In this document: positions 23,456 to 38,869 of the stretch, piece by piece
How the letters are laid out: every line of letters begins with the position of its first letter
How positions within the stretch are numbered: position 1 is the stretch's first letter
Notes under the pieces: generated by a model
Seen by the model: only the letters and a program-made list of their open reading frames with translations
Told to the model about the DNA's origin: nothing
Database searches by the model: none
Translations under genes and position numbers: made by a program
Source: Octopus sinensis
Lineage: Eukaryota
Direction: 5' to 3'
NCBI RefSeq assembly: GCF_006345805.1
Contig: NC_043000.1
Span: 28,644,001-28,708,000 of the forward strand
Length of the DNA: 64,000 nucleotides

Positions 23456-25661
23456 TAAAGTGACCTAAAAGTAGGGAATGTATTTGTAAGATCAAATCGA
23501 AAATAGGAAGAGAGGAATAAAGAAAAGAGAAAGAAGAGAAAAAAGAGAAGAAAAAAGAGAAAAAAACAAGAAGAGAATAATAAAGTAAGAAAAGAAAAAG
23601 GAAAGAAGAAAAACAAGGAGAGAAATAATACAGGTTAGACAGAGAAAGTGTACCAGTTAGTGGTCAGTCAAGATAACTTGAAAGTAGGAGTGGAGAGATT
23701 AGGGTGATTGAGAAAGAAAGATATTAGAGTGTAAAACTATAAGAGGGTAAAGAGTAAAGGAGTGTTAGAGAGAAGTAATGGGGATGATAGAGAGAGAGGT
23801 ATAACAGTGTAAAAGGTAAATGATTGTCAGTTATGTAGTGACAGAGTCTAAGTGATGGGGTAGAGAGAGGGGCAGTAATATGGTGGAATGAAGAATTTAG
23901 AATATAGATTAGGTTGTTGGACAGGTCGGTGCTTAATAGTAGAAGAAAATATATACGTGAAGATGTATACAGGATGCATTTATTAGACATGTATATATAT
24001 TTATACAGATATTTATACATATCAATATCTACATATACAAGTCGTACTCATATGTGTATGTACACATGCACATCCATATATACGTGTATCTGTATGTATT
24101 ATCGCCCCTGTACACGCAGGTATATATACCTAGCATGCATACATACATTTACACAAACACACATACAGACACATACATACACATACATATACACGCACAT
24201 ATGCATGCACTCATATACAAACGATAATTAGATGGTTGTGATATTCCAGTATGAGAGAGATTAGGGTTTAAAATGTAGATTTATAAGGTTATTGGGACTA
24301 CCTAAGGGGTACTGTGGAAATATACTGTGTGGTCGTTTAGGCATTTGGATCTGTGGTAGAAATTGAATGTGTGAAAAAAGCGGTGGTTGCATGTGGTTAG
24401 TGACTCGTTATGTTTATTTAGCAGTGCTGGAGAGTTGTGCTTTAATATGTAAAGTGCCTCCTTCAGGCAAGGCTTGCAGGTTGAGCGGTGACCTCGGTAG
24501 GGAAGCCCTGAATCCAGTATGGACCATGATAGAGTACATATTACGGATATATATTACGGAGATGTACTTGCATAGCAAGTGACCTGATCTAAGATAGTGT
24601 GCTGGAACGAAAACAATTGCAGCGTGGAAGGTGTTTATAAGTCATTTAAAGCACACAAAAACCATTAGATTCACTTTAACATTTAAATTTAATTTGCCAA
24701 AATATCTTCTTCGCGTTGAGGCCGCGACCTGTTCACTGACAAAATTCCGTTCTATTCTTTTACTTGTTTCAGTCATTTTGAATGTGGCCATGCTGGGGAA
24801 CCGCATTTTGGTCGATATAATTGACCCCAGGCCTTATTCTTTGTAAGACTGGTACTTATTCTATCGATATCTTTGGCTGAACTGTTTAGTTACGGAAAAG
24901 TAAACACACCAACATCGATGTCAAGTGATGGTGGGTGTAGCCAAATACAGACACAAAGACTCACACATGTTCAGCTTTAGGTTTTGTGAAGTAGCCCATT
25001 TTAATATTTATGATATTATTAAAGCTGCTAACTGGTAGAAGTGTTAACACGCCGGAGAAAATGCTTAACAGCATTTCGTCCGTCTTAAATGCCGCCAGGA
25101 TTGACCTTACATTTCATCCTTTTGTGGTCGAAGAAATGAATGCCAGTTGAGCACCTGGTTCATGGAAATCGACTAGCATCTCTCTTCAAATTTCAGGACC
25201 TATGTCTAGAATAGAAAGGATATGCAAGATATTTTATCTCATACGTGGGGTTAGAAGAGACGTAACGCTTACTGCGTCACTTTAACCGGTGGTTACCAAA
25301 ATGGATGGTATTGCTCCCCCCGGGGGCGGTGGAAAGTGGATGTTGAAGAAAAATGGGGTGATAATGGAGTAGCGATTCATGTAAAAACAACAAAATAATG
25401 GGTTCATTAGGTCAAGGTTTATTTGTTAAATACAGTTCCTTTGAATTTGCTTCAGAAAGAGGTCTATGTTTGTGATGGTTTGTTGGGGTGGCGGCGCAAG
25501 GAATGTAGCGTGGGCGTCAAGGAAACGGCAGCCTGGAAATTTTCGAAAGCCACTGATTTGAACCATCTATTTTTACATGTACCTATATATAAATGTCTAT
25601 CATTAAAAGTGTTTCGTTTCCTATTAATGTTAGATATATATACATTTAATCTATGTGTGTA

Positions 25662-26036
25662 AGGCACCCCGTCGGTTACTACGATGAGGGTACCAGTTGA
25701 TCTGATCAACGAAACAGCCTGCTCGTGAAATTTACGAGCAAGTGGCTCAGCACACCACAGACACGTTTACCCTTAACGTAGTCCTCGGGGAGATTCAGTG
25801 TGACACAGAAGGTGACAAGACTGGCCCTTTGAAACACAGGTACAACAGAAACAGGAAGAAAGAGTGAGAGAAAGTTGTGGTGAAAGAGTACAGCAGGATT
25901 CACCGCCACCCACTGCCTCGTGGAACTTTAGGTGTTTTTGCTCCATAAACACTTACAACGCCCGGTCCGGGAATCGAAACCGTGATTCTATGACCGTCAG
26001 TCCGATGCCCTAAAAACTGGGCCATTGCGCCTCCAC
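25662..26036 (-). mobile_element. tRNA SINE type b (head H1 plus Nin-like body)
   Basis: 5' half matches SINE 1613; 3' half matches SINE 5450. Confidence 0.85.
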
Positions 26037-26377
26037 TATGTGTGTGTACTACTTATGTGAAAAATGTGTGTATCTGTAATTAATATAAGTAATATGTGGT
26101 GGTCCAGTATGGAAATTTAGAAGTTATCTGTCGAGATCAATCAGGGCAAGAATCTTTAGTATATATAGAAGGTGAGGTATGTTCACTAGATTATGGAGGA
26201 GTCTGGTGTAGATGGTATTTTTCTGTGACCGAGTAAATGGTTTTGAAAATTTGGGCATTTACTAGAAAAATCTATTCTGATGTATGTTCGAAATGGTTTT
26301 CATTTTCAAAATATGCATTTATTTGCAGAGCAGAGCTTAAAATTTATTGGTCTTGTCGGAATATGACCGCTTACTAT

Positions 26378-26479
<102 letters not shown>

Positions 26480-27126
26480 CGATAAATAGATAGATAAAGA
26501 TAAAAGGACATACATAAAAACACATACATACGTATGCATGTATATATATATATGTGTGTGTGTTTGTATATATAGACATATATATAGACATATATATATA
26601 TATAGTGCACTAATGTGTCATAGTAGTTTTAGTCATCGTACGTCCCTTGACATTAATATAGCATCCACATCGCTTTTTTCATCAGTGGCCGTACATCTGT
26701 CGACAATATCAAATCATTCTTAACTTTAAACGAGATTCACTAGAAAAGAAAAATTGAGAACATTCCCATTAATCTCTGTAAATGGATTGGGGTGTCGTCT
26801 TATAAAAAATTTTACATCTTGGATGTAATTTTGTCATTCCAATGACCATATATTTCAAACGTCAGTTTATTAGAAATTATTGAAAATTTTTATATATTTG
26901 GTTTGGTTATGTGTAAGAAGTCTGCTTCTCAACCATACGGTTCCGGGTTCATTCCCTCTGCGTGACATATTGAAAAAATGTCATCTACGAAAGCCTCGGG
27001 CCGATCCGATCGAAATGTGGAGGGATTTGGTAGACGAAAACTGATAGAAGCCCGTCATATATATATATATAATTAGATAAGGTATTATTACCATTAATAA
27101 TAATTATGATGATGATAATGATGACG

Positions 27127-27175
<49 letters not shown>

Positions 27176-27425
27176 TAAAATATGGGCTTCAGCAAATGTT
27201 CTGCTCAATATCACAGACATGCTTATCAGTTGTTTGACCTTAAGCAGTTGAACATGTCCCTTAGTGGCTGACGATATGTGCATCTCTAATCACGAGCAGT
27301 GTAGTGGAGGAGCATCATGACCATGTGTCGAGAGGATTTCTCTGAGACATGGTACTCCTGGAATATTATTTAAATGCTTTCTGATATCCCTCTCTTATCA
27401 TTAATAGGGCAGCCGCAACAACAGA

Positions 27426-27470
<45 letters not shown>

Positions 27471-27473
<3 letters not shown>

Positions 27474-29800
27474 TAGTTTTCATAACGTCCTTTCACTTTA
27501 CCGAGCGCAGCTCTTTGTGCCTTGGGTATGTGCTTTGGTTTGCTGTGATGCTCTTATGGTTACTGTATTAAAATTGTTTTGTGTAGGATGTGTCCAGTGT
27601 CCAGTAGTGCAATTTACTGTATGTTATAAATATTTGTAAGTCCTAGTGTTTTTGATATGTATTTGTCTGAATATTTTTGTATCATACATAATGCGCCCCC
27701 TATGATAGGAATTGTTTCTGTTTTTAGATTCCACATCAGGTTTTTGTATTTTGAAAGTTTCTCCATTTCTTTTTGAGAAACGTTGTCATCTTCTGGTATT
27801 GATAAATCAATTAGAAAGTAATTTTTTTCTTCATGATCTCTGACAACTATATCTGGCCTTTTGGCCTTAATTTCTCTATCTGTGTGTATTGGCATATCCC
27901 AGAGTATGGTTGCTTTCTCATTTTCTGTGACCTTTTCTGGTGTGTGCCTATACCATCTTTTTTCTATTGTTATTCCATGATGTTGGCATACCTTACAGTG
28001 TATGTAGGTCCCAAATCTGTCGTGTCTGTGAATATGAATATATTTCTTCTTAGCCAAGACTGGGCAGCCAGAGATGATATGATTTATTGTTTCTTGTCCA
28101 TCTCCACATATTCTGCAGTTACCTTTTATGTTTCTTTTCATTATATGTTTTGGTAATTTCTGGCAGGGAGGCTTTGGTCTTGTGCTGCAATTAAAAATCC
28201 TTCAGTCTCTGCCATGAGTCCTGAGTTTCTCAACCATTGCTGGGATTTTCCTCTGTGTATTTCTTTTGAATTTAGTTTAGCCCAGTATTTGCCATGAAAC
28301 GGCTTTTCTTGCCATCGTTTTATCATGGTCCGTTGCTGTTCTAGTTTTAGTTTGGATTTCATTTGTATTATAGCTTTTGTTGCTTCTTCTTCTTTATATT
28401 TTATATGTAGTATGACTTTTTGTTTGTATTTGACAGCTTCCTTAAATACTGAAAACAGATTTTTGTTTTGCTCTTGTTTTGTGGCTATATGTTTTAGTTT
28501 TCCTTGCTTCTGAAGTAGGTATTTTTCCAGTCCTATAGTGCTTATTTTATAATAGTTTTCCAGCTGTATAAGGCCTCTACCATCTTCTATACGCGGTATA
28601 TATAGACTTTCTATGTAAGATTTTGAGTGGTGCATCCTAGATCCTGTCATTATTTATCTTGTTTTCCTGTCTATTTTGGTTACTTCATTTAGTGTTCAGT
28701 TAAGGATATTGTAGCTGTAACTTATAACTGGGGCGGCTAGAGTGTTAATACCTATTATCTTGTTTTTAGCATTGAGCTCTGTTTTCAGTATTGAGCTAAC
28801 TCGTCTATAGTATTCTTTATTTTCTCTTTCATTTGCGTGTGTTGTATCGTATCTAATTCATTGATTCCTAAATATTCGTATGACTGGCTTTGGTCTAATT
28901 CTCTTATTTCATTGACTTTATCTAGTGTGATGTTGCTACTCTTAAATAATTTTTTTTTTCAAGTTTGCTTTGCCACATTTTTTAAAGCCAAATTTCATAT
29001 ATATTCCTTGGTAAATCCATGTACTGTCTGTAGTAGGGTTTCGAGCTGTTCATCATTTGTAGCGTATAGTTTTATGCCATCCATATATAAGAAGTCGCTG
29101 ATTGTTTTGCCGTAACATTTGTATCCGCATCCAGTTCTATTTAGCATGTCAGATATAGGTGTCAGTGTCAAGTAGAAAATGAGTTGAGAAAGCGTGTCTC
29201 CCTGGAATATTCCTCTTCTAATGGTGGTGGCTTTGGTTTTCACGAGTTCCTCTTTTGCATGGCGCTGTAGCACTGTCTGCAATTTATTCATAGAGTGACC
29301 TATGTATTTTATAATTATCGGCGCTACCTTGTTCATGGCTAGTGTTCCGAGGATCCACTTGTGGGGAATACTATCAAAAGCCTTTCAGTAGTCGATCCAA
29401 GCCATACTGAGGCCTTCCTTCTTTCTGCGGCTGTCTTTAGTTGTGGCTTTATTGATCATTAGTTGATATTTACAGCCGTATGAGCCCTTGCAGCATCAAT
29501 TCTGCTCTTTTGGAGACATGTTGTTTTCTTTCAGATGCTTGCTCAGTCTCTGCGATATTATGGCAGTAAAGGCTTTGTAAATTGTAGAGAGACAGATTAT
29601 TGGTCTGTAGTTTTGTGGGTTTGCCGTTTCAATGGATTTGGGAATTAGGATAGTTTTCCCATTCGTGAACCATTCAGGCATTGTCTCTGGCTCTGCCAGT
29701 ATGTCGTTAAAGTTTTCAGCCAACTTTTTGTGTATTCCTGTCAGATATTCTAACCAAAATTTGGGGATCTTACGTGCCTTCATCTTACCCTGTGATACTA
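27471..29800 (-). mobile_element. R4/Dong-clade LINE, 5'-truncated; RT, CCHC and RLE domains degenerate
   Basis: NYRPIICL, KAFDSIPH, RGIFQGDTLS, YMDG, CRICGDGQETINHIISGC and RPDIVVRD; the 3' end abuts (ATT)n at 27426-27470. Confidence 0.92.
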
Positions 29801-30427
29801 GAAAACAAATAGACGGAGGATTTAGAATTAGATAATCTTGGATATAGCTCTGCGCAGGAGCAAACAAAAACAAAAATAACAGCATAACATTTCTTCTGCT
29901 ATAGTCTTAAAATTCAGATGTGAATCGATGCTTAATTAGGATGTCCAATGTGTTTTATTAGTGGTAGAAAAGCTGGATATTGGCTAGTGGTCATTGATAT
30001 TGAGAACATTGAATATTGTAGTCTGATGTTTAAAGGACCTGATGGTCAATCCTAGAACGCCTATGAACACAGCTCTGCTTGATCAGAATTTACCTGGGGC
30101 TAAAAAGTAAAATGAATAATACAATCGTTGTAAATTAGAAAGAATTAGTTTTTTACTTGTTTGAGTCGTTCGTCTGTGACCATGCTGGGGCACCGACAAA
30201 AATGCTTTAATCGAAGACATCCACACCTCCCCCCCAATACTTATTTGTTTCATGTCTGGTGCTTACACTAGTGCTCTCTTTTGCCACAACCTCAAAGTTG
30301 CGGGTTGGGGTAAACAAACCAACACCGGTTGCCAAACGGGTGTAGGGAACAAACACAAACATAATGACACACACACGCACACACAAAATCACACACACAT
30401 ATGTATATACACACACACATATATATA

Positions 30428-31080
30428 CAGGGGTTGGACAAAATAATTGAAACACCTAGCATCATAGCATCATTATTTTGAAATATCTATAAAACCGTCA
30501 AAACCTTGTTTATTTATATGTTTTTTGATTTATTAATAGTGTTGCCTAATATGTTTTGCTAAAATTGCTGTTTCTTTCCAGCTATCATCAGAAAAAGATA
30601 ATTCAAATTCATTAAAATGACAGATCTATTGGACTTTCAAAGAGGTCAAATTGTTGGTGCTCGTACGGCAGGCGCTAGCGCAACGAAAACAGCCGAACTG
30701 TTTGGTGTATCAAGAAGTACTGTTTCGAAAGTAATGACAGCCTGTGAGAAAGAGCGAAAAACCTCCTCGTTGAAAGAAAACTCCAGAAGAAAACCAAAAC
30801 TTTTAGATAGAGTCCGTCGGACTCTTAGCGAATTGTTAGAAAGGATCACAAAAGTACAGCTCCCAAAATTACTGCAGAGCATAATGACTACCTCGAGAAG
30901 CCAGTTTCCACCAGAAAAGCACAAAGCTGAATTTCACGGGAGGGCTGGAATCAGAAAACAACTACATTCAAAAACAAACGTTGCAAAGCGTTTAGAGTGG
31001 AGTAAAAACCTATTGGTCCCTAGAGCAGTGGAAGAATGTTATTTTCTCAGACGAGTCATCCGTATTTCCGACAACCGGCC
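30428..31080 (+). mobile_element. Tc1-like transposon, 5' half
   Basis: ta|caggggttggacaaaataattgaaacac terminus; ORF 30617 DFQRGQIVGART...AELFGVSRSTVSKV is a Tc1 HTH; truncated on the right. Confidence 0.88.
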
Positions 31081-31101
31081 GAGTATGCGTGTGTACGTAT
31101 T

Positions 31102-31560
31102 TATATAATATAAATAATATATAAATATATGCATGTATACATGCATATATGTACATACCTACATATATATGTATATATACATGCATAAAAACAAACATTG
31201 AACACAATGAGAAACGAAAACATAAAAACAAAATCATAGAAAACGAACTTTGCGGGAAGGACTGTTTCAACGGAGTCGCGTATTGTCCTTGCCTTCAATG
31301 CTCGGAGTATGAAACAGGGACAACTGATGAAGGGGAATACTCTTTGTGTTACATGTCTCGTTTCTCTGTTTGTTTTTATCGTTTTCTGCTTTTATTTTTG
31401 TTTTCATTTCCCATTGTGTTCAACGTTTTTTTTATGTCCTGTACCCATATATGCATGTATATATACATATATATATAGGTATGTACATATATGTATATAT
31501 TTATATATTATTTATATTATTATATGATCGAACGCCACGGATCCTTTTCCAAGTAAGATT
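31102..31560 (+). mobile_element. Putative Penelope-like non-autonomous element with a 5' inverted arm
   Basis: Arms at about 31102-31248 and 31376-31524; ends caagtaagattt|atctatc; same family as 61972-62730. No diagnostic ORF seen. Confidence 0.55.
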
Positions 31561-31620
31561 TATCTATCTATCTTTCTATCTATATATCTATCTATCTATA
31601 TATAATATTTATTTATATAT

Positions 31621-31675
<55 letters not shown>

Positions 31676-32224
31676 TATATATATATATATATATAAAAAT
31701 ATATATATATATCTATATATATTATATATTATCTATATATATAATATATTTATATAAATATCTATATATATAAATATATATATATATATAAATATATATA
31801 TATATAAATAATATATATCTATATATATATATATATGTATGTATATATATATGTATATATATATATATGTATATATATACATACATACATGCATGCATAC
31901 ATATATATATATATACTACATACATGCATGCATACATATATATATATTATACATGCATACATACATACAACATATATATATATAGATATACATCATATTA
32001 TATATATATAGATATACTACATACATATATATATATAGATATACATACATATATATATATATACATACATAACATAACATATATATATATATACACACTA
32101 TACATACATAATATATAGATATACATACATATACATATATAGATATACATACATATACATATATATATATACATACATATACATACTATATATATATAGA
32201 TATAATACATATACATATATAGAT

Positions 32225-32264
<40 letters not shown>

Positions 32265-33076
32265 GACGGCTGCCACTCAGCTTCCGTCAATGAAATACAT
32301 TGACAAGACTTTGTTCCACCCGTGGCTATAGTAGAAGTCACTTTCCCAAGGTGCAGCAGCGTAATGAGACTGAACCGCTAACCATTCGTTTGTGAAGCCA
32401 ACTCCTTACCACACAACCATGCCTGAATCTATAACACCCATGCCTACAATATTGGTGATTCTCATACAACTTGTCACTACCATGGTGCTCACAAAACATA
32501 ACACAGAGTGGCCCATATCGCCGAAAGTTGAATAGAAATATAAAATGTTTTTCCATGGTACAATAAACTAGATTAATTTCTTAAACATAGTTCTATTCCA
32601 CTGTGATCCCCCATAAGTGGGATAGTAATAGAGCATCGATTTTAGACACGCTTAGAGATAAAACATGTCATGCCAGTGTTTTAAGTTTGTAATTTGTTTA
32701 TTAGTGAGTTCTGTTCAGTCATATTTATTAAAATATTCATAGCATTTGAGCCTTCTTTTCCCTGATGTATCAGTACAGCTCAGACTGCCATCAACGAATT
32801 TACCAAGCATCAACATTAATATTCATTAGTATTTTAAGATCCAGACTCTAATAACTTGTAACAAAATGTACGGGCGGTGGGATTTGCAGAAAAAGAAATA
32901 TATTATGGATAAAATAAATATGAATACTGACAAATAATATTTAGTTATCACGAGGTGAGATTAAGGATAAAAACTTTACATTCATACGAATATATGGTTT
33001 AATACAGAAGAACAGAGAGATAGACAGATAAATAGATAGATGAATAGCTAGATAAATAGACGGACAGAGAGGTAGG

Positions 33077-33156
<80 letters not shown>

Positions 33157-33240
33157 CAGGCAGGCAGGCAGTCAGACAGGCAGGCATACATACATACAGA
33201 CTAGACAGACAGATAGATAGATAGACAGGTGGGTAGGTAA

Positions 33241-33370
<130 letters not shown>

Positions 33371-33643
33371 TGGTAGACTTATGCATACATATAGTTAGAT
33401 ACATAGATGGATGCATAAATGAATAAATAAATACATATAGAGAAAGAGAGGGAACGATGGCGGGAGAGAGAGAGATAAATACATTAAGGTAGATAACTAG
33501 AAAAATAGACAAACAGATGGATGGGTAGATCGGTTCATGAATTTAGAACTGAGAGAAAATTGCAATCAACATATTACATAGTGTTTAAATAAGTCTTTAC
33601 GCTTTACTCCAAGCTCCATATTTCTACTTAAATAATATGTGCC

Positions 33644-33696
<53 letters not shown>

Positions 33697-34425
33697 GTGT
33701 GTATAAGTGTGTGCATGCACATGTGTGCATGTGTGTATATATATGCATGCGAGTATATGTATTTTTATATGTGTATATGAATGTGGGTACATATCTGTAC
33801 ACCTACACACACACACCTATACACACACTTACACTTACACATACCTATGTGTATGTAGGTGTGTGTGTGGGTGTACGTGTGTGCGTGTGTGTATCTGTGT
33901 TCATAATACTATATGTGTATATGTGTGTATGTGTGTGGGGTTGGGTAGCACCTATATAGCCTCTGTAGCCTCAGCCTGACAAAAGCTTTGTGGGTGGATC
34001 TGTGTATTTTTTAGACGGAAACTGGAAGAAGCCCTTCGTGTATAAATATATTTATATATTTGAAAAAATTGGAGTCAACAAGAAGAGATACGGTTGGACA
34101 TTTACTTTTTTAATTGCTACAATTGTTTCCACGCATCGTAGATCTCTAGGTGTGCAGGTATTTGATTATGGACCTGTTTCCGTGCATTATGAGATCTAGT
34201 TGTGTTTCCTCAGGCGATATGTAAATATTGTCTCCGTAATTTCAAAATACCCGGTTTCAAGAACATCGTCTTTGTCTGTCGTGGCCTGATTTAGTAGTAG
34301 TCACTGTGCTTATCAGGGTGTGTTGTCGCTGAAGGGCCGTTCTGCTACTGTTAAAGGGGTTTCTGTGTGTATTCATATGTATGTGACTGTGTACGTATGC
34401 GTGTGTGTGTACGTCAGTAAATATA

Positions 34426-34457
<32 letters not shown>

Positions 34458-34529
34458 CCTGTGCGTGTATGTATGTTTATATGTGTATATGAATGTGGGT
34501 ACATATCCGTATATGTGAGCGTGTGTGTA

Positions 34530-35683
34530 CAGGGTGCGTAAGATACCTGAGGACAGATTTACGATTATAAAAGAGAAAACAGATATATAATAATAGGTAA
34601 TAACTTTATTTATCAAAAAATGCTTTGAAGATAAAAATAAACCTTCTTTTCCATAATGCTATTCAATAAAGCCACCTTCAGCTTCAACAACTGCTTCTAT
34701 ATGAGATCTAAATCATCTACATGCTCGAATCAAGTGGTTCTGGTTCATTTGGGACATTGCTCTGACTACGGCAGCTTTCAAAGAATCTTTGGTGTTATGG
34801 GCGTGTTCATTGATCTGTCTCTCTCTCTCAACAACGCTCCCCACGTAATAGTCCAATAGATTGAGATCTGGGGAATTAGGAGGCCAAAGTCATTCATTCC
34901 TGTGTTACTAGAGCTATGTGTGATAGTGCAGAGTCTTACTGAAATACATATGGCCTTCCATTGCATACAATGTCTATCCAAAGCTTAACAATTATTTCCA
35001 GGACCTCAATGTAAGGCCTTTTGGAAAGAAGTAAAGAGGCATCACATGTCATTCATTGCAGAGAACCACTAATGGGTCTGCACATAACTATATGTCATTT
35101 GTTCTGTTAACTTCTTGATCTTTGTCGAAGTTTTACTCGTTTGAGAAAAACCAAACCAAATCTTCTTCTGCTGGATTTTTCAGTTCATTTAAGAACTGAT
35201 GTAGGGATTTTCTCTTGCTTTATCTGACAAATTGACCTTTCCTTGTCATATAAGATTTATATCTGATGTCTTCGTAGACAGCATTTCTGACTGTTCCATC
35301 TGAAACATGGAGATCTTTTGCAATTGACCTCATGGAATTTCTGGGATTGTAATCAATAGTCTGTTGAACTTGCTGGATAAATTCAAGTGTTCTGATGATT
35401 CAGAGCGTTTAGAATGCTTTTTATGCCTTGATACTGGTGATACATTTCCATCTTCGGTCTTTAGCTCCTTTGTAGACTGAAGATCTGGCAACTTTTAAAA
35501 CTCGAGATATTTCTAAATCGCTATACTCAGCCTTTATTACCACAATAAGAACATGCCCCTTCAGTTCTTGTGCAACCGGAGCGTGTGCCATTATTGTTTT
35601 CTGAAACAATGATTATACTGAGTTAGCAGGAAATGCAGAAATGACTCAAAAATGGTATAGCCTCAAATCCCTTACACACCCTG
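34530..35683 (-). mobile_element. Tc1/mariner (maT/DD37D-like) element, both TIRs, decayed transposase
   Basis: ta|cagggtgcgtaag ... cttacacaccctg|ta; minus strand has WPPNSPDLNLLDYYV and the HTH-like EISRVLKVARSSVY. Confidence 0.85.
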
Positions 35684-35761
35684 TATATACGTATGTTTAT
35701 ATATATATATACATGTGTGTGTGTGTGTGTGTTGTATTTATGTATATATATATATTATGTG

Positions 35762-35829
<68 letters not shown>

Positions 35830-37038
35830 CATATATATATGTATATTATAGTATATATATGATATATATATATATATATAGATATATATAGCAATATATA
35901 TATATATTATATATACATATATATATACATATATATATATGTATATATGTATATATATATATATATATAGGTATCAAAGTGTGGGAAGAAAGTTGACTTC
36001 AAGCAATCCGTAATAAATATTGAAAAAAACTTTCAGGGGCAGTACCTACTCCACTCCGCAACTCTTCTATATGTGTGTGTGTGTGTGTGTGTGTGCATGT
36101 GCATATGTGTGTGTGTGTGTATGTGTGTGTGTGTGTGCATGTGTATGTGTGTGTATGTCCGTGTGTGCGTGTGTGTGTGTGTGTGTAGGTGCCCCAGAGT
36201 TGGTACGTATATGGAAGTATTTGTGAACTAACAAGTATCCGTAAATATATGCCGAATGTTAAAGGTCAGCTAAAGAGAATCGCATGTGTAACATACCACG
36301 AAGAACAAATCAACAAAACAAAGAAATCAAATGCCGATATCCTTAAAACAGCGAGCAATTTAACGAGAGAACTACGTTGCATGGAAACAATTGTAGTGAT
36401 TAAAAAATACATGTTCAAACGTACCCCTTCTTGTTGACTCCAATTTTCTAAAAATTATCCATTCACGCACGACAGATACTCGCAAAATCTGGAAGTATGT
36501 ATAATACTACTACTGGATAGCACAGGGTGAAATTCGAAAGTGGACGAGCGCTTTACATGGTACTTTTGCACATTCTTAACAGAATATACCTTATATGTAT
36601 ATATATGTATATATATATATTATATATATATATATATATATAATATAGGGGTAAAAATATGAAAAATCAACGAAAATGCATATTGCAAATAGAAAAAGGC
36701 TATTTATGACAGGTAGTGACAAATATATACATTTAGATTGACTAAGGTCATAAAGGTCATTATTATGAGATGATTATAAGATGATGATAAAGTAAGAGAA
36801 CAAAACGAACCAGTGATTTACGCGAAGGCTATTCATCGTTTAAACAACATATATATATATACAGGCGGCACACGTGGCTGTGTGGAAAGAAGCTTGCTTC
36901 CCAACATGGTTCCAGGTTCAGTCCCACTGTGTGGTACTTTGGTCAAGTATATTCTACTGTAAGCCTCGTGCCGTCCAAAAATTTGTGAATGGATTTGGTT
37001 GTTGTATATGTATATGTATATATATATTATATGTATAT

Positions 37039-37074
<36 letters not shown>

Positions 37075-37081
37075 GTATGAT

Positions 37082-37242
<161 letters not shown>

Positions 37243-37411
37243 AAGGAAGCAGTCAGAGTTTTGGACAACTCCTTATTAACGTTTTCGTTCGTTGGAATCG
37301 TACTCTTGAAGAGTTAGATTGAACGAACGAAAGCGCTCACATTGAATTATCCAAAATCCTGACTGCCTCCTTCTTAATATACAATATCCGTACACCACTT
37401 CAAAAACACAC

Positions 37412-37446
<35 letters not shown>

Positions 37447-37497
37447 CACATACACACATACACACACACACACGCACATATACACACACACACATAT

Positions 37498-37547
<50 letters not shown>

Positions 37548-38869
37548 CAGGGTGGTCTAGGACCGAAGCCTCTCCAGAAGAGCTACCTCACATATTTGGC
37601 GATAAACATATAGAATATCAGCGTTTAACTTCATTATAGTTTCCTCATCACATGCTTATTTCTAATTAGATGTTTATTACTCCTTTAAAACAAAACATGT
37701 TAACAAAATCTCTATTTGTTTGAAACGTGATACGAATGTTCAACCGGATTATTTGTTTACGTTGGGGACCAAGACAGTAGGAGTAACATGTGCACTGCAG
37801 ATCTGAGAAGGAAATTTAAATTTCCAGAAGGAAGTTTTGCACAACGGCAGGGCATCGGTGAAAATATTCCAGTTTTAACTTTTGCAGGCTTATCATTGCC
37901 TTTCATATTACCAAGTTAGTGAAAATGGATAAATGTACCAGGTCCGATTCCAATGGCAATGCGTCATCTTCCAAGATTGAAACTTCACGATCCAACTAAG
38001 GGTTGTCAACATCATTACCTGACACCATCACCTGGTATCTTGGGTGAATTTAGTGAGTAGCGGTCTACGGCAACCACTTGTGTCAAATTTTCTTCTCTCC
38101 CCGCTGGTCTTGGACGCCTTGTGTATGGTCATGATCCCTAACTTTTGAGCTGGATAAAGGATAAGAAAATATAAAAACCACGCAAAATAAAGTAATTTTA
38201 GATACATTATGCCCGGGAAATATGGGATTGTTACGATTGGAAAATATTGATAAAGAACCCTCCCTCTTACCACTGATAGTCTTATGCAACAACAACAGCA
38301 ACAACAACAACAACAATTTCTCTTATATCAAAGTAAGAAACTAAAATGAAGATAGACTTTAGAGTAGCATTTCTTGTTATTGAGAAAATGCATTTTAACG
38401 TCTGCTTTTCCATCGTATTTCTTACTTGGGGGAATTGTTAGCTTTCAAAAGCTTCTTTATATTTTAATGTTTTTTCTTCCTGAATCGTTAATTGGTTTAT
38501 TAGATTGTCTCGCTTCAGTTTATGATATTCTCTTTTTTTAATGCTTTAAATGATGTAAATCGCTTTAGAAGGACACAAACTCATCGCCGCCATTAAATGC
38601 CCTGTTAGCGTGGTGTGTCTGTTTAAATAAGGTGTTATCTTTGGATTCTATTTAAATTCTTATTACAATAAGATAAGATCAGCATGTACAGTGAACTGCT
38701 GTGCATATACTTGACAAGTGTTTACTAATATGCAATAAGAAAACCGGATATTCCCTGAACATTCTTATTTAGCAAACAATAAAATAGAGTAATTATGAAT
38801 AAAACTTGTATATTCAGTAGATGCTGCTTTTATTTCATATCATGTATTTTTTCCTCTCTGCGTATGTTA

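Noticed and set aside
37930-38045. Cadherin-like words YQVMVSGNDVDNP*LDREVSILEDD on the minus strand
   Set aside because: In-frame stops and wrong motif order; likely chance.
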